DNA of 35,807 bases from Gammaproteobacteria bacterium (GTDB lineage Bacteria; Pseudomonadota; Gammaproteobacteria; Pseudomonadales; Azotimanducaceae), in assembly GCA_030430515.1 (NCBI GenBank), contig JAUIKX010000001.1, forward strand, positions 1 through 35,807, written 5' to 3'. Positions 25,482 to 33,996 of the stretch are shown here, in pieces. The notes under the pieces were generated by a model. The model ran no database searches, was not told where the DNA came from, and worked only from the letters and a program-made list of their open reading frames with translations. How positions within the stretch are numbered: position 1 is the stretch's first letter; every line of letters begins with the position of its first letter. The position numbers and the translations under genes were made by a program.

Positions 25482-26492
25482 TCAGGCGAGCGCTTCCTTG
25501 GTCACCTTGACGATGATCGCCGCAACCTTGTACGGATCGGCGTTGGACGCCGGACGACGATCTTCGAGACGCCCTTTCCAGCCGTCTTCAACCGTACCGA
25601 TCGGAATACGGATGGACGCACCACGGTCTGATACGCCGTAGCTGTACTGATCGATGGCCTGCGTTTCATGCTTACCGGTCAGGCGCTGTTCGTTGTGCGC
25701 ACCGTAAACGGCGATACATTCGGGCACGTACTTGGCGAACTGGTCGCACACCTTGGTGAAGACCGCCTCCTCGCCTGCGTCGCGCATGGCGCCGTTGGAG
25801 AAGTTGGCATGCATGCCGGAGCCGTTCCAATCGGTGTCACCGAGCGGTTTCGGATGCCAGTCGACCGCCAGGTCCCACTTCTCGGCGGTGCGTTCCAGCA
25901 GGTAGCGCGCCAGCCAGATCTCGTCGCCCGCACGCGCAGCGCTCTTGGCGAAAATCTGGAATTCCCACTGGCCTGCTGCGACCTCTGCGTTGATGCCCTC
26001 GACGTTGAGCCCCGCTTCCAGACACAGGTCCAGGTGCTCTTCGATCAGCTCGCGGCAATAGGCATTGCGTGCGCCGACGGAGCAGTAGTACGGGCCCTGA
26101 GGCGGCGGGTAACCGCCGGGGGGGAAGCCCGGTGGCAGGTTGGTGCTGGGATCCCACAGGAAATACTCCTGCTCGAAACCGAACCAGAAGTCGTCATCAT
26201 CGTCTTCGATAGTCGCCCGACCGTTTGACGGGTGCGGCGTACCGTCGGCGTTCAGCACTTCGGTCATGACCAGGTAGGAGTTCTTGCGGCCCGGGTCGGG
26301 AATGATGGCCACCGGCTTGAGGAGGCAGTCTGAGGCATTACCTTCCGCCTGCTCCGTTGAGCTGCCGTCAAACGACCACATGGGGCACTCCTCCAGAGTT
26401 CCGCCGAAATCAGAGCGGACCATGGTCTTGCTGCGCAGGCTTTGTGTGGGCTTGTAGCCGTCCAGCCAGATGTATTCCAACTTACTTTTCAT
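25482..26492 (-). CDS. glnII: glutamine synthetase type II (eukaryote-like GSII)
   Basis: About 336 aa from ATG 26492, with GGAG 8 nt upstream. Motifs KLEYIWLDG, WSFDGSSTEQA, GFEQEYFL, AAGQWEFQI and KPLGDTDWNGSGMHANFS. The size fits GSII rather than GSI. Confidence 0.9.
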   Translation of the reverse strand: MKSKLEYIWLDGYKPTQSLRSKTMVRSDFGGTLEECPMWSFDGSSTEQAEGNASDCLLKPVAIIPDPGRKNSYLVMTEVLNADGTPHPSNGRATIEDDDDDFWFGFEQEYFLWDPSTNLPPGFPPGGYPPPQGPYYCSVGARNAYCRELIEEHLDLCLEAGLNVEGINAEVAAGQWEFQIFAKSAARAGDEIWLARYLLERTAEKWDLAVDWHPKPLGDTDWNGSGMHANFSNGAMRDAGEEAVFTKVCDQFAKYVPECIAVYGAHNEQRLTGKHETQAIDQYSYGVSDRGASIRIPIGTVEDGWKGRLEDRRPASNADPYKVAAIIVKVTKEALA

Positions 26493-26565
26493 CAAAAAAC
26501 TCCAAACGGTTTTGTCTGTTATCGGGCCAATGCCCTTTCAACGCTAGCGCGGGAAGACTTCGCCG

Positions 26566-26582
26566 AGCACCAAATCAGTGCA
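26566..26582. promoter_or_regulatory. NtrC-type 17-bp dyad (TGCACT-N5-GGTGCT on the minus strand)
   Basis: The reverse complement reads TGCACTGATTTGGTGCT, close to the enterobacterial NtrC site pattern TGCACC-N5-GGTGCA. It lies about 75-90 nt upstream of the glnII ATG. Weaker related elements occur at 26606..26622 (TGCACCAAAATGGGGTA) and near 26674..26680. Confidence 0.4.
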
Positions 26583-26821
26583 TATACACGACCGGCCTGG
26601 CCCAGTACCCCATTTTGGTGCATCGTGGCTCATTTGAATTCACCCCTTACGCCCCGGACAGAGAAGGTACTACTGCACCAACTCCTGGATCGTTTCTAGA
26701 GATCGCCCCGAAAGCATTGTTTTTTCTGAGATTCAGCGCTTTCGATCGCTCGCTCTGCGTGCCGACCCGTGCCCGACCCCAATCTGGGTCGCTGCGGCTA
26801 TCCCGCTTTGCATAACTGTCT

Positions 26822-26838
26822 TTGCAATAGCTATGCCA
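26822..26838 (-). promoter_or_regulatory. candidate sigma-54 (-24/-12) promoter facing glnII
   Basis: The minus strand reads TGGCAT-AGCTA-TTGCA with canonical GG-N10-GC spacing. It lies about 330 nt upstream of the glnII ATG and 29 nt past the TPP-enzyme stop. Confidence 0.5.
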
Positions 26839-26866
26839 GACGACCTGGGCCATATTCGCATGCACA

Positions 26867-28525
26867 TCACGGGGCAGCCGGCGGCTCAGGCATGTGGATC
26901 AGCGGCCAGGGCGAGGACTCCGCCCCTTCGGCAATCGGCACCTCGATGACGCACGGTGCATTCAGGGCCAACGCTTCCGGCAGCACGCGAGCCAGCACCT
27001 CAGGATTCTCCGCGCGGAACCCGCGAACGCCGAAGATTTCCGCGAGCGCGGCAAAGTCTGGATTCCTTCGGCGGGCGCCGATGACCCGCCCCTCGAAAGC
27101 CGTCATCTGATCGCGCAGGACGTTTCCGTAGGATGCGTTGTTGAAGACAATCGTCACTACCGCGATGCCATATTCGGCAGCGGTGGCCAGCTCCTGAACG
27201 CCGAACATGAAGCCGCCGTCGCCAGTTGCGCACACCACCGCCCGCTCCGGATTCGCCACTTTCACACCGAGTGCCGTTTGGAAACCGAAGCCGAGGGTCC
27301 CCTGGTAGCCTTCGCTGACATAGGTACGGGGCTCATACACCGGAAAGCCAAAGAACGAGGTGAAGCCCGTCTGCGAGACCTCGGGCACAAAGAAGCCATC
27401 GCGGGGTAAGCAGGCACGGATGACGTCCAGATAGGCCATCTGCGGCTGGATTGTCTCGCAGAGCCTGCGTGCCCGGAACTTCGCTTGCTGAATCTCCCCA
27501 AGACGATCCGCGCGCGCGCTTCCCGCCGGCGCCAGCAAGTCGTAAAGAGCACGGCAGGCTGCATCGGCATCACCGTGCACCGCCACGTCAGGCTCGAGCC
27601 GCGCAAATTCCGCCGGATCGATATCGACGCGAATGAGCTTTGGCCCCAAGGGCTTCCGCTCATAACGCATCATGTCCCGCCAACGCATGTAGATCATCTC
27701 CAGGCGGGAACCGATGCCCAGCACCAGATCCACTTCATCGAAAAGAAGCCGAGCGGCAACCGACGACACACCCAGCGGGTGATCTTCCGCAACAACCCCA
27801 CGACCGCTGCGGAACGCGGTAACCGGTGCATTCAGCAGTTCGGCAAGCGCTTGAACGGCTTCAGACGCATGCTGCGCCCCCGCCCCACACATGATCAGTG
27901 GGCGCTTCGCCGACTGCAGAAGTTGTGCGGCTGAACGGAGGGCATCCTCGTTCAGAACAGGCTGGACCAGATCCAAAGGCGCATCAGGCACATCGACGGA
28001 GGCCACTTGGGCCATATCATCCCAACACATCTCCACCGATACAGGACCGGGACGGCTTTCCGCTGCGACCTTCAAAGCCTCGGAGACGACCGTGGGCGCC
28101 ATGGCAGGGTCGGCCACGGAAAACGCATCTTTGAGGAATGACTTCAGCGTCGCGCGCTGATCCGGCAGTTCATGCAGGTGCCCACGCCCCGAACCGAGAT
28201 ACGCGCTCGGCACCTGGCCCGTGAGGCACAGCACCGGCGAGCACGTGCCATATGCCGTGCAAAGCGCTGCGGATGTATTCAGAACGCCGGGCCCAGGTAC
28301 CACGGCAAATGCCGACGGTCGCCCTGTCGATCTGGCATGCCCAAGCGCCATGTAAGCGGCGCCCTGCTCGTGCCGCGGCACGATGGTCGGCACCTCGTGG
28401 ACCGCCAGCGCATCGAACAACGGATAGATCTGCGCACCGGGAATGCCATAAACAACGTCGATGTCATTCGCGAGGATCGTGCGCACAATGGCCTCGCCGC
28501 CGCTCATGGTCCGCTTCTCTTTCAT
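26867..28525 (-). CDS. thiamine-pyrophosphate-binding enzyme (acetolactate synthase large-subunit-like)
   Basis: Sequence GGEAIVRTILANDIDVVYGIPGAQIYPLFDAL with TPP motif GDGGFMFGVQELATAAEYGIAVVTIVFNNASYGNV. The start is ambiguous: ATG 28525, ATG 28507 or TTG 28543. Confidence 0.85.
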   Translation of the reverse strand: MKEKRTMSGGEAIVRTILANDIDVVYGIPGAQIYPLFDALAVHEVPTIVPRHEQGAAYMALGHARSTGRPSAFAVVPGPGVLNTSAALCTAYGTCSPVLCLTGQVPSAYLGSGRGHLHELPDQRATLKSFLKDAFSVADPAMAPTVVSEALKVAAESRPGPVSVEMCWDDMAQVASVDVPDAPLDLVQPVLNEDALRSAAQLLQSAKRPLIMCGAGAQHASEAVQALAELLNAPVTAFRSGRGVVAEDHPLGVSSVAARLLFDEVDLVLGIGSRLEMIYMRWRDMMRYERKPLGPKLIRVDIDPAEFARLEPDVAVHGDADAACRALYDLLAPAGSARADRLGEIQQAKFRARRLCETIQPQMAYLDVIRACLPRDGFFVPEVSQTGFTSFFGFPVYEPRTYVSEGYQGTLGFGFQTALGVKVANPERAVVCATGDGGFMFGVQELATAAEYGIAVVTIVFNNASYGNVLRDQMTAFEGRVIGARRRNPDFAALAEIFGVRGFRAENPEVLARVLPEALALNAPCVIEVPIAEGAESSPWPLIHMPEPPAAP

Positions 28526-28614
28526 GTGACCGCTCGCAACCAAACTCTCGCAGTATCAGGTGCCAACACAACCCACCGATACTGACATATAAACGCAAAC
28601 ATAAGACCAATGCC

Positions 28615-29088
28615 TCAGGGACGTAGCGCGGTATCCCAGTGCTCGACGAGCATGCCATCCTGCACGCGGAACATGTCGAACCATGTTGTCGTATATGTGG
28701 CTCCGTCGGCGTCGACGGCCTCGCGAACGAAGGCCAGCGTGACGAGATCCCGCTCCGCGGTGATCGCGACGAGCCGGTCGATATGGTCTTTGACCTCGCT
28801 CCGCTTCGTGCCGATCGCCCGGAAGAAGGCTTTCACCGCCTCTCGCCCTGTCTCGGCATTCGGGTTGTGCTGGTGATAGTCCGGCGCCAGGTACCTGTCG
28901 GCCGCGTCGATGTCACCAGCCTGCAGGAATTCGCGCCACATATTCCAGACCAGCCGCTTGTTGGCGGCAAGCTGAGGGTCGTCGCTTTCGAGCATCGCAC
29001 GCTGCGCGTCAGGCGAAGCGGCCAGCACCGGTTCCGAGGCGTGCAAACCGATCGGCACAACAGCCAGAAGAAATAGAATGACTCGCAT
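28615..29088 (-). CDS. exported SnoaL-like / NTF2-fold protein
   Basis: 157 aa. Signal peptide MRVILFLLAVVPIGLHA, then NKRLVWNMWREFLQAGDIDAADRYLAPDYHQHNP...WFDMFRVQDGMLVEHWD, typical of the SnoaL-like fold. Confidence 0.8.
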   Translation of the reverse strand: MRVILFLLAVVPIGLHASEPVLAASPDAQRAMLESDDPQLAANKRLVWNMWREFLQAGDIDAADRYLAPDYHQHNPNAETGREAVKAFFRAIGTKRSEVKDHIDRLVAITAERDLVTLAFVREAVDADGATYTTTWFDMFRVQDGMLVEHWDTALRP

Positions 29089-29225
29089 GTTATTGCCTTT
29101 TTAGAGTTGTACGTATTCCGACCCGGCGGGCCGGTGCGATCATGATTGCACCGGCTCGGCACATCCGCAAATCGTCCTTCAAAGCAGCCGTCCGTCGGCA
29201 ACAGCCGAGCTCTGAACCAGCACGA

Positions 29226-30893
29226 TTACGCGGAAGCGTACGAGAGCACCCGATCCAGAATCGTTTCGGTGTGCCTGTAAAACACCAGATCACACGCATC
29301 TGAAAGCAACATCAGTTCCGCGTTCGCACCTTCCTCGATCACGCCGAGCACGCGCTCTCTGCGATGGTTCTGGTCCTGCTCGCCGACAACGAAAGTCACG
29401 GGCCGCCGGAGCAAGGCTGCAACACCTGCAGACGTGTAGCGACCAGTGCTTGAAACATCAGACAAATAGCCATCAACGCCTTTCTCGGCCAAAGCCCTCG
29501 CACCGTGCATGATCGCGCTGTATACCTGAGGGTCTTCCAGAAGCTTTCTATCCCACGGATGTGGATAGTGAGATTCCAGATATCGACGAGCCCCATAGCG
29601 TTGGGCAAACGCATGGCGAGTCTTGACGATGAAGCGCGCCATCGCCGGGCTGTGCATGGAGGCGAAAAACATCATTCTGAGCAGCGGGTTGAGCTGCCTG
29701 AACGCCTCGTCTCTCATCGGCAACGGCGGCGCTACCGAAACCACCCCCTTAATCCGCTCCGGTGCGATCTCCAGCAGCTGCATCGCCGCGATATTGCCCA
29801 TGACGCGCGCAAGCAGGGTAACCTGCTCGATCCCGAGCGCATCCATGAGCACGAGGATGTCTTCGGCAATCTGGCTCGAAGGCATGTTGCTACCCTGCGG
29901 CAGCGGATCGGTCCGGCCGTAATGCGGGCGAAGTGGTGCGACCAACTTGAGCTGACGAGCCTGCAGCATCGCCACCCCTTCAGCGGTCCAACCGTCCACG
30001 CAGATTTCGTCATGCATGAAAAGGACCGGCTGGCCATCTTCTGCGCCGAGAATCGAGTACTCCAGCCGCCTACCGTCCGGCAGCACGAACAGCCGGGATT
30101 GATCGTCGCGCGGGAACGGCGCAGCACCCTCGTCGCTCACCTTCGTCTGAATCTCATCTCCGGGACCCGCATAGAGGGTCGCGCTCAACCCCACCATGAA
30201 ACGGATCAGTTCCGGCATGCTGCCGGCCCCAGTCTTGTCGTAGATCCTGCGAATCTGCGTCCGCACCGTGGCCACAGACGCGCCACGGACCTCAGCGATC
30301 TGCTCGACGCCATGGCCCTCAATGAGCAACCGCACAACATCGACCTCAGCATCGGTGAGCTCGAAAGATTCGAGCAGAAGGGTTGCCTGCTGCACATCCC
30401 AGATCACTTCGGTGGTGCTGATTCGATAGCCGTCGGACTGCTGCTCCAGCACGGCGAGCAGGCGTCCGGGCCGGTCGGTGCGCTGTGCGAGAAATGCGCG
30501 ACGTTCGACCTTCTTACCCGGTTGCCGGCAGGCGATGGAGAACTTGCGGATTTCACTATGAGCAAAGCCATCGAGCGGCAGATCCTCCGCTCGAGCACCC
30601 GGCGCGAGCTGGTAAACGGCCTGCGCTGCTTCGTTCACCGAGATCACCACGCCATTGAAGCCGATGCGAAGTGTCGGCGTTGCTTTGTCATCGGCCGAAG
30701 GGCCGTTCAACCGCTCGAGCAGCGCCACAGCCATAGTCATGTGGTTTTCTGCCTGAAACGCATCGCTGTCGGGCTGCTCGATACTCGTATTGCCGAGGCG
30801 ATCTACCCAACGCTGCACGGTGATATCCAGGGCAGCAGGGTCCAGCGTTGCCGCATAGATGCTCTCGACCAGCTGCTCTTCTGAATCCGCCAC
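29226..30893 (-). CDS. LuxR-family (GerE-type HTH) regulator fused to a C-terminal alpha/beta-hydrolase-fold domain
   Basis: The HTH LTDAEVDVVRLLIEGHGVEQIAEVRGASVATVRTQIRRIYDKTG maps to about 30189..30362. The C-terminal hydrolase fold (FVLPDGRRLEYSILGAEDGQPVLFMHD...) has ARVMG where the GxSxG nucleophile elbow is expected (29796..29810). There is no in-frame ATG near the 5' end, so the start is placed at GTG 30893, giving MADSEEQLVESIYAATLDP. TTG 30908 and TTG 31037 are alternatives. Confidence 0.7.
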   Translation of the reverse strand: MADSEEQLVESIYAATLDPAALDITVQRWVDRLGNTSIEQPDSDAFQAENHMTMAVALLERLNGPSADDKATPTLRIGFNGVVISVNEAAQAVYQLAPGARAEDLPLDGFAHSEIRKFSIACRQPGKKVERRAFLAQRTDRPGRLLAVLEQQSDGYRISTTEVIWDVQQATLLLESFELTDAEVDVVRLLIEGHGVEQIAEVRGASVATVRTQIRRIYDKTGAGSMPELIRFMVGLSATLYAGPGDEIQTKVSDEGAAPFPRDDQSRLFVLPDGRRLEYSILGAEDGQPVLFMHDEICVDGWTAEGVAMLQARQLKLVAPLRPHYGRTDPLPQGSNMPSSQIAEDILVLMDALGIEQVTLLARVMGNIAAMQLLEIAPERIKGVVSVAPPLPMRDEAFRQLNPLLRMMFFASMHSPAMARFIVKTRHAFAQRYGARRYLESHYPHPWDRKLLEDPQVYSAIMHGARALAEKGVDGYLSDVSSTGRYTSAGVAALLRRPVTFVVGEQDQNHRRERVLGVIEEGANAELMLLSDACDLVFYRHTETILDRVLSYASA

Positions 30894-31063
30894 AACTGCT
30901 AAGGCCAACCTGAGAGTTTGCCTTAGAATGCCACGACGGGATGGCAACCAAAAGCTCGCGCGGCGGATTCCCAGGGGGCTGTGCTCATGGTAGCTCCTGC
31001 GTATGATCGTTACTCGTAGTTTGCAGGCTCGCGCCAACAGCGCTCCAGAATGAGGACTTTGCC

Positions 31064-31951
31064 ATGAACAAGCTTTCTTTTTCGGCGATCGCCGCGATCT
31101 TTGTCGTCGGCTTTCTTGTGATCTTCGGTTCCCGGCTGTTCCAGAGCGTACCCGCCGGTCATGTCGCCGTTGCCACTCTTTTCGGCAAGGTTCAGGAACG
31201 TCCGTACGAAGAAGGCCTGCACATACCGGTCAATCCACTGTATGAATGGCACCTATTCGACGTGCGGCAGAAATCCCACAAAGAAAAGGCCAGCGTACCG
31301 AGCCAGGATCAGCTGCAGACACAGGTGGACGTCAGCGTTCAGTACCGACTGCAGGGCACGGAGGCACCAAGAATACTTCAGGAAACAGGCCTGGCATCAC
31401 AGGTGATCGACGTGCACCTGGTGCCCAAGCTGCGTTCGGTGCTGCGGGAGCAGGGAAAGTCCATCCGACGCGCGGAGGACTTCTTCCTTGAAGAGACGCA
31501 GAACCGGCTGCAGGGCACCCTCCTCACCGAGTTGCAGTCCTATCTTTCCGACAAAGGCGTGAACGTCGAAGCCGTACTCATCCGCGACATCAACCTGCCC
31601 GCCTTCATCTCCAAGGCCATCGAATCTAAAAAAGAACGCGAGCAGGAGGTCGAGAAGCAGAAAGCGGAGCTCGAGCGCTTCCGTACTGAGCAGCAACAGA
31701 AGATCGCCGCGGCTCAGGCAGAACGCGCCGCCGCGGAGGAAATGGCCGCCCGCCAGAGGGTGCTCGCCGACGCGCGCGCCTACGAAATCGAAGCGGTGAA
31801 TAAAGCCATCGGCAGCAACCCCAACTACCTGAAGCTGCAGGCGCTGGAGTCACTGCAGGCCATATCCAAAGACCCAGCCGCCAAAGTCTACTTTCTCAAC
31901 GGCGACAGCCCCAATCCGCTGCCGCTGATGCATATGGGGGAGAAAGGTTGA
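31064..31951 (+). CDS. SPFH/band-7 (prohibitin-family) membrane protein
   Basis: 295 aa with an N-terminal TM segment. The SPFH core is VPAGHVAVATLFGKV...VDVSVQYRL. The C-terminal coiled coil is EREQEVEKQKAELERFRTEQQQKIAAAQAERAAAEE. GAGGA lies 7 nt upstream of the ATG. Confidence 0.9.
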   Translation: MNKLSFSAIAAIFVVGFLVIFGSRLFQSVPAGHVAVATLFGKVQERPYEEGLHIPVNPLYEWHLFDVRQKSHKEKASVPSQDQLQTQVDVSVQYRLQGTEAPRILQETGLASQVIDVHLVPKLRSVLREQGKSIRRAEDFFLEETQNRLQGTLLTELQSYLSDKGVNVEAVLIRDINLPAFISKAIESKKEREQEVEKQKAELERFRTEQQQKIAAAQAERAAAEEMAARQRVLADARAYEIEAVNKAIGSNPNYLKLQALESLQAISKDPAAKVYFLNGDSPNPLPLMHMGEKG

Positions 31952-31987
31952 TCCTGGGCAGTGCGAGAGGCCCGGTCTTCTGCCCCC

Positions 31988-33886
31988 CTACTCCTCGTAG
32001 GGCTGAACCGCGATTGTCACGATCGACTTCCTGAATGGAAAACTGCTGCCGCCCGAACCCCATGAAGGCTGGATGGTCGACGCATCTGCCGCCTGAAAAG
32101 CACTGGCCAGCCAGCTCGGGGATTTGCCACCATTGAAGTTGGTTGTGACGATATCGGTGAACCCGTTCGGATGGAAATCCTGCGTAGCGCCGAACGCAGC
32201 ATTGGGTGCATAAAGGAACGACAGCACCAGCGAACGATCCCGCGCCACTTCAAGCAAAGGCCCACCGGACTGGTTGCCACTCAGACCCAAAGCTGCAGCG
32301 TCTGCAATGGGCATATCCCGATCCCACGCACCGCTGACTCTCAGCATGAGGAGCGATACCCGCCGGCCGACGCCGTCCTGGTGAGAAACAACCACGTCGG
32401 TTGGAAACACAGGGGCTGGTTTCCACCACGCCGCCACCGTACCTTCGCCTCCCAGCACGGGGTTTTCCTGCAGAATCGGCGTCCAGCTGGGATCGTCGAT
32501 GCTGAGCACCGGGTCCTGAAAGGAAGCCCCCGCAAGAAGGATGAGCAGGTCTCCATCGGTCGCCGCAGCCGGCATCGGCAAAGAAAGGCTACCGGCGGTG
32601 TTCGCATCGGCAAAGCTCCAATCGTCTGCCGTATTGGCATAATCCGCGGCAGGCGGCCACTGCAGGGTGGAGAACCCACTCTGCGCAGGCGTCGGATCCT
32701 TCGCGCCGGCGCCAGCGACACCTTGCGCCATCACCGTGAACGGACTCTCTCCGAGATTGCTGCGATCGTCGAACAGATACGTCCAATCACCTTTTGCTGC
32801 CCCCTTTCTGATGGCCAAGGAGCCCTCGTTTTTGTAGGGAACACCCGACCAGACGCCGTCATCGCCATTCCACCAGAAACCCCGATTGTCGCGCACTTCG
32901 ACGTTGACAATGTCTGTGAGCGAGCCGATGTTGCTTCCGTTGTAGACACGACCGCCGTCAATACGGACTGGGCGCGGGAGAAAGACTGCATTCGCTTCAG
33001 GTACCGTGATCGTCGTGTCGACGTCGCCTTCGTCTACCTGAAACCGTTTCGCCGCCGGCGAGCCATCCGTGAGCTGCGACAGATCGCGTGCTCGCGCAAC
33101 CAACCTGTAACGTCCGCTGCCTTCGCTGCCGCCGTTGAACGTGTAAGACCAGCTACCTGCCGAAACATCCACGCGATGTCCTGGGCGCGTCGAACGAAAA
33201 TCGCCGCTGTCCTGATCCCACCAGAGCCCATTGGCCCGATCGCGCACATCCACGATCACGTCTCTCAGTTCGCGGTTATCGCTTGCTGAGCCGCTGAGTA
33301 CAACAGAGCTCGTCGTGAACGAGGGGTTGCCCGATACCGGCACGTCGATCGCCGTGTTCGGCGCAACGCCATCGACAACGAAATTCCGTGTGATGTGCTC
33401 TGTCTCGCTTCCTGTTGGGCCATAGTTGAATTTCATCTCGAGGGTGAAGGTGTAGGTACCATCAGGGAAGTCCGCAAAAGGCAGCGTGCGGCCCATGCGC
33501 CAAGCGCCGAGGCTATCGCCAAAGCCATGGTTCTCGCCGCATCGATGCACAACAGCCTTCGCGCCAGAGCCGATCACACATTCGAGATCTTCGTTGTCGA
33601 TCTCGGAGTTCTGCCAACCACGAGTGCCGTTGTTCCAGAAGCGGCCGCTCGCGTCCACAATCCGCCAGCGCGCGTAGCTCATGCTCGGCACCCAGGGGTT
33701 GAGGAAGCGGTCAGATTCGTACTGCCCGTAGAAAACCGGTGCGTTCGTGTTGTTGAAAAGCATCATCTCAACAGGCACACCCACACCGATATAGGAATTT
33801 GCCAGTGTGGGCGGTGTGCAAATTATCGAAGCAACAAGCAAAGCAATACCAGTAAGGCGAGATCCCCATACAGCATGTGTGTTCAT
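31988..33886 (-). CDS. secreted 632-aa protein with three internal beta-sandwich-like repeats and an unassigned C-terminal domain
   Basis: ATG 33886 has GGAG 6 nt upstream. Signal peptide MNTHAVWGSRLTGIALLVASIICTPPTLA. A repeated motif appears as WRIVDASGRFWNNGTRGW / VIVDVRDRANGLWWDQDSGDF / IVNVEVRDNRGFWWNGDDGVW. Each copy is followed by an aromatic strand (GTYTFTL / GSWSYTF / GDWTYLF). Confidence 0.75.
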   Translation of the reverse strand: MNTHAVWGSRLTGIALLVASIICTPPTLANSYIGVGVPVEMMLFNNTNAPVFYGQYESDRFLNPWVPSMSYARWRIVDASGRFWNNGTRGWQNSEIDNEDLECVIGSGAKAVVHRCGENHGFGDSLGAWRMGRTLPFADFPDGTYTFTLEMKFNYGPTGSETEHITRNFVVDGVAPNTAIDVPVSGNPSFTTSSVVLSGSASDNRELRDVIVDVRDRANGLWWDQDSGDFRSTRPGHRVDVSAGSWSYTFNGGSEGSGRYRLVARARDLSQLTDGSPAAKRFQVDEGDVDTTITVPEANAVFLPRPVRIDGGRVYNGSNIGSLTDIVNVEVRDNRGFWWNGDDGVWSGVPYKNEGSLAIRKGAAKGDWTYLFDDRSNLGESPFTVMAQGVAGAGAKDPTPAQSGFSTLQWPPAADYANTADDWSFADANTAGSLSLPMPAAATDGDLLILLAGASFQDPVLSIDDPSWTPILQENPVLGGEGTVAAWWKPAPVFPTDVVVSHQDGVGRRVSLLMLRVSGAWDRDMPIADAAALGLSGNQSGGPLLEVARDRSLVLSFLYAPNAAFGATQDFHPNGFTDIVTTNFNGGKSPSWLASAFQAADASTIQPSWGSGGSSFPFRKSIVTIAVQPYEE

Positions 33887-33996
33887 CAATTTCTCCGTAA
33901 CGGCTCTCGCAGAAACGTATCAAGCGCGGCTTCCCGGACGCATCACCAAATTTGTGTACGCAACGATAAGCCGGCTCAGTGCTTAGGGGATTGGCT

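Noticed and set aside
26496-26821. Possible glutamine riboswitch (glnA RNA motif) in the long glnII leader.
   Set aside because: I looked on the minus strand for the conserved CGUUC ... GGAAGUAGG ... ACGGAAGGA type elements and did not find them. Only cmscan could settle this.
31955-31985. GGGCAG ... CTGCCC inverted repeat between the convergent SPFH and secreted-protein genes, as a bidirectional terminator.
   Set aside because: It has only a 6-bp stem with an 18-nt loop and no flanking T or A tract, so it is too weak to call.
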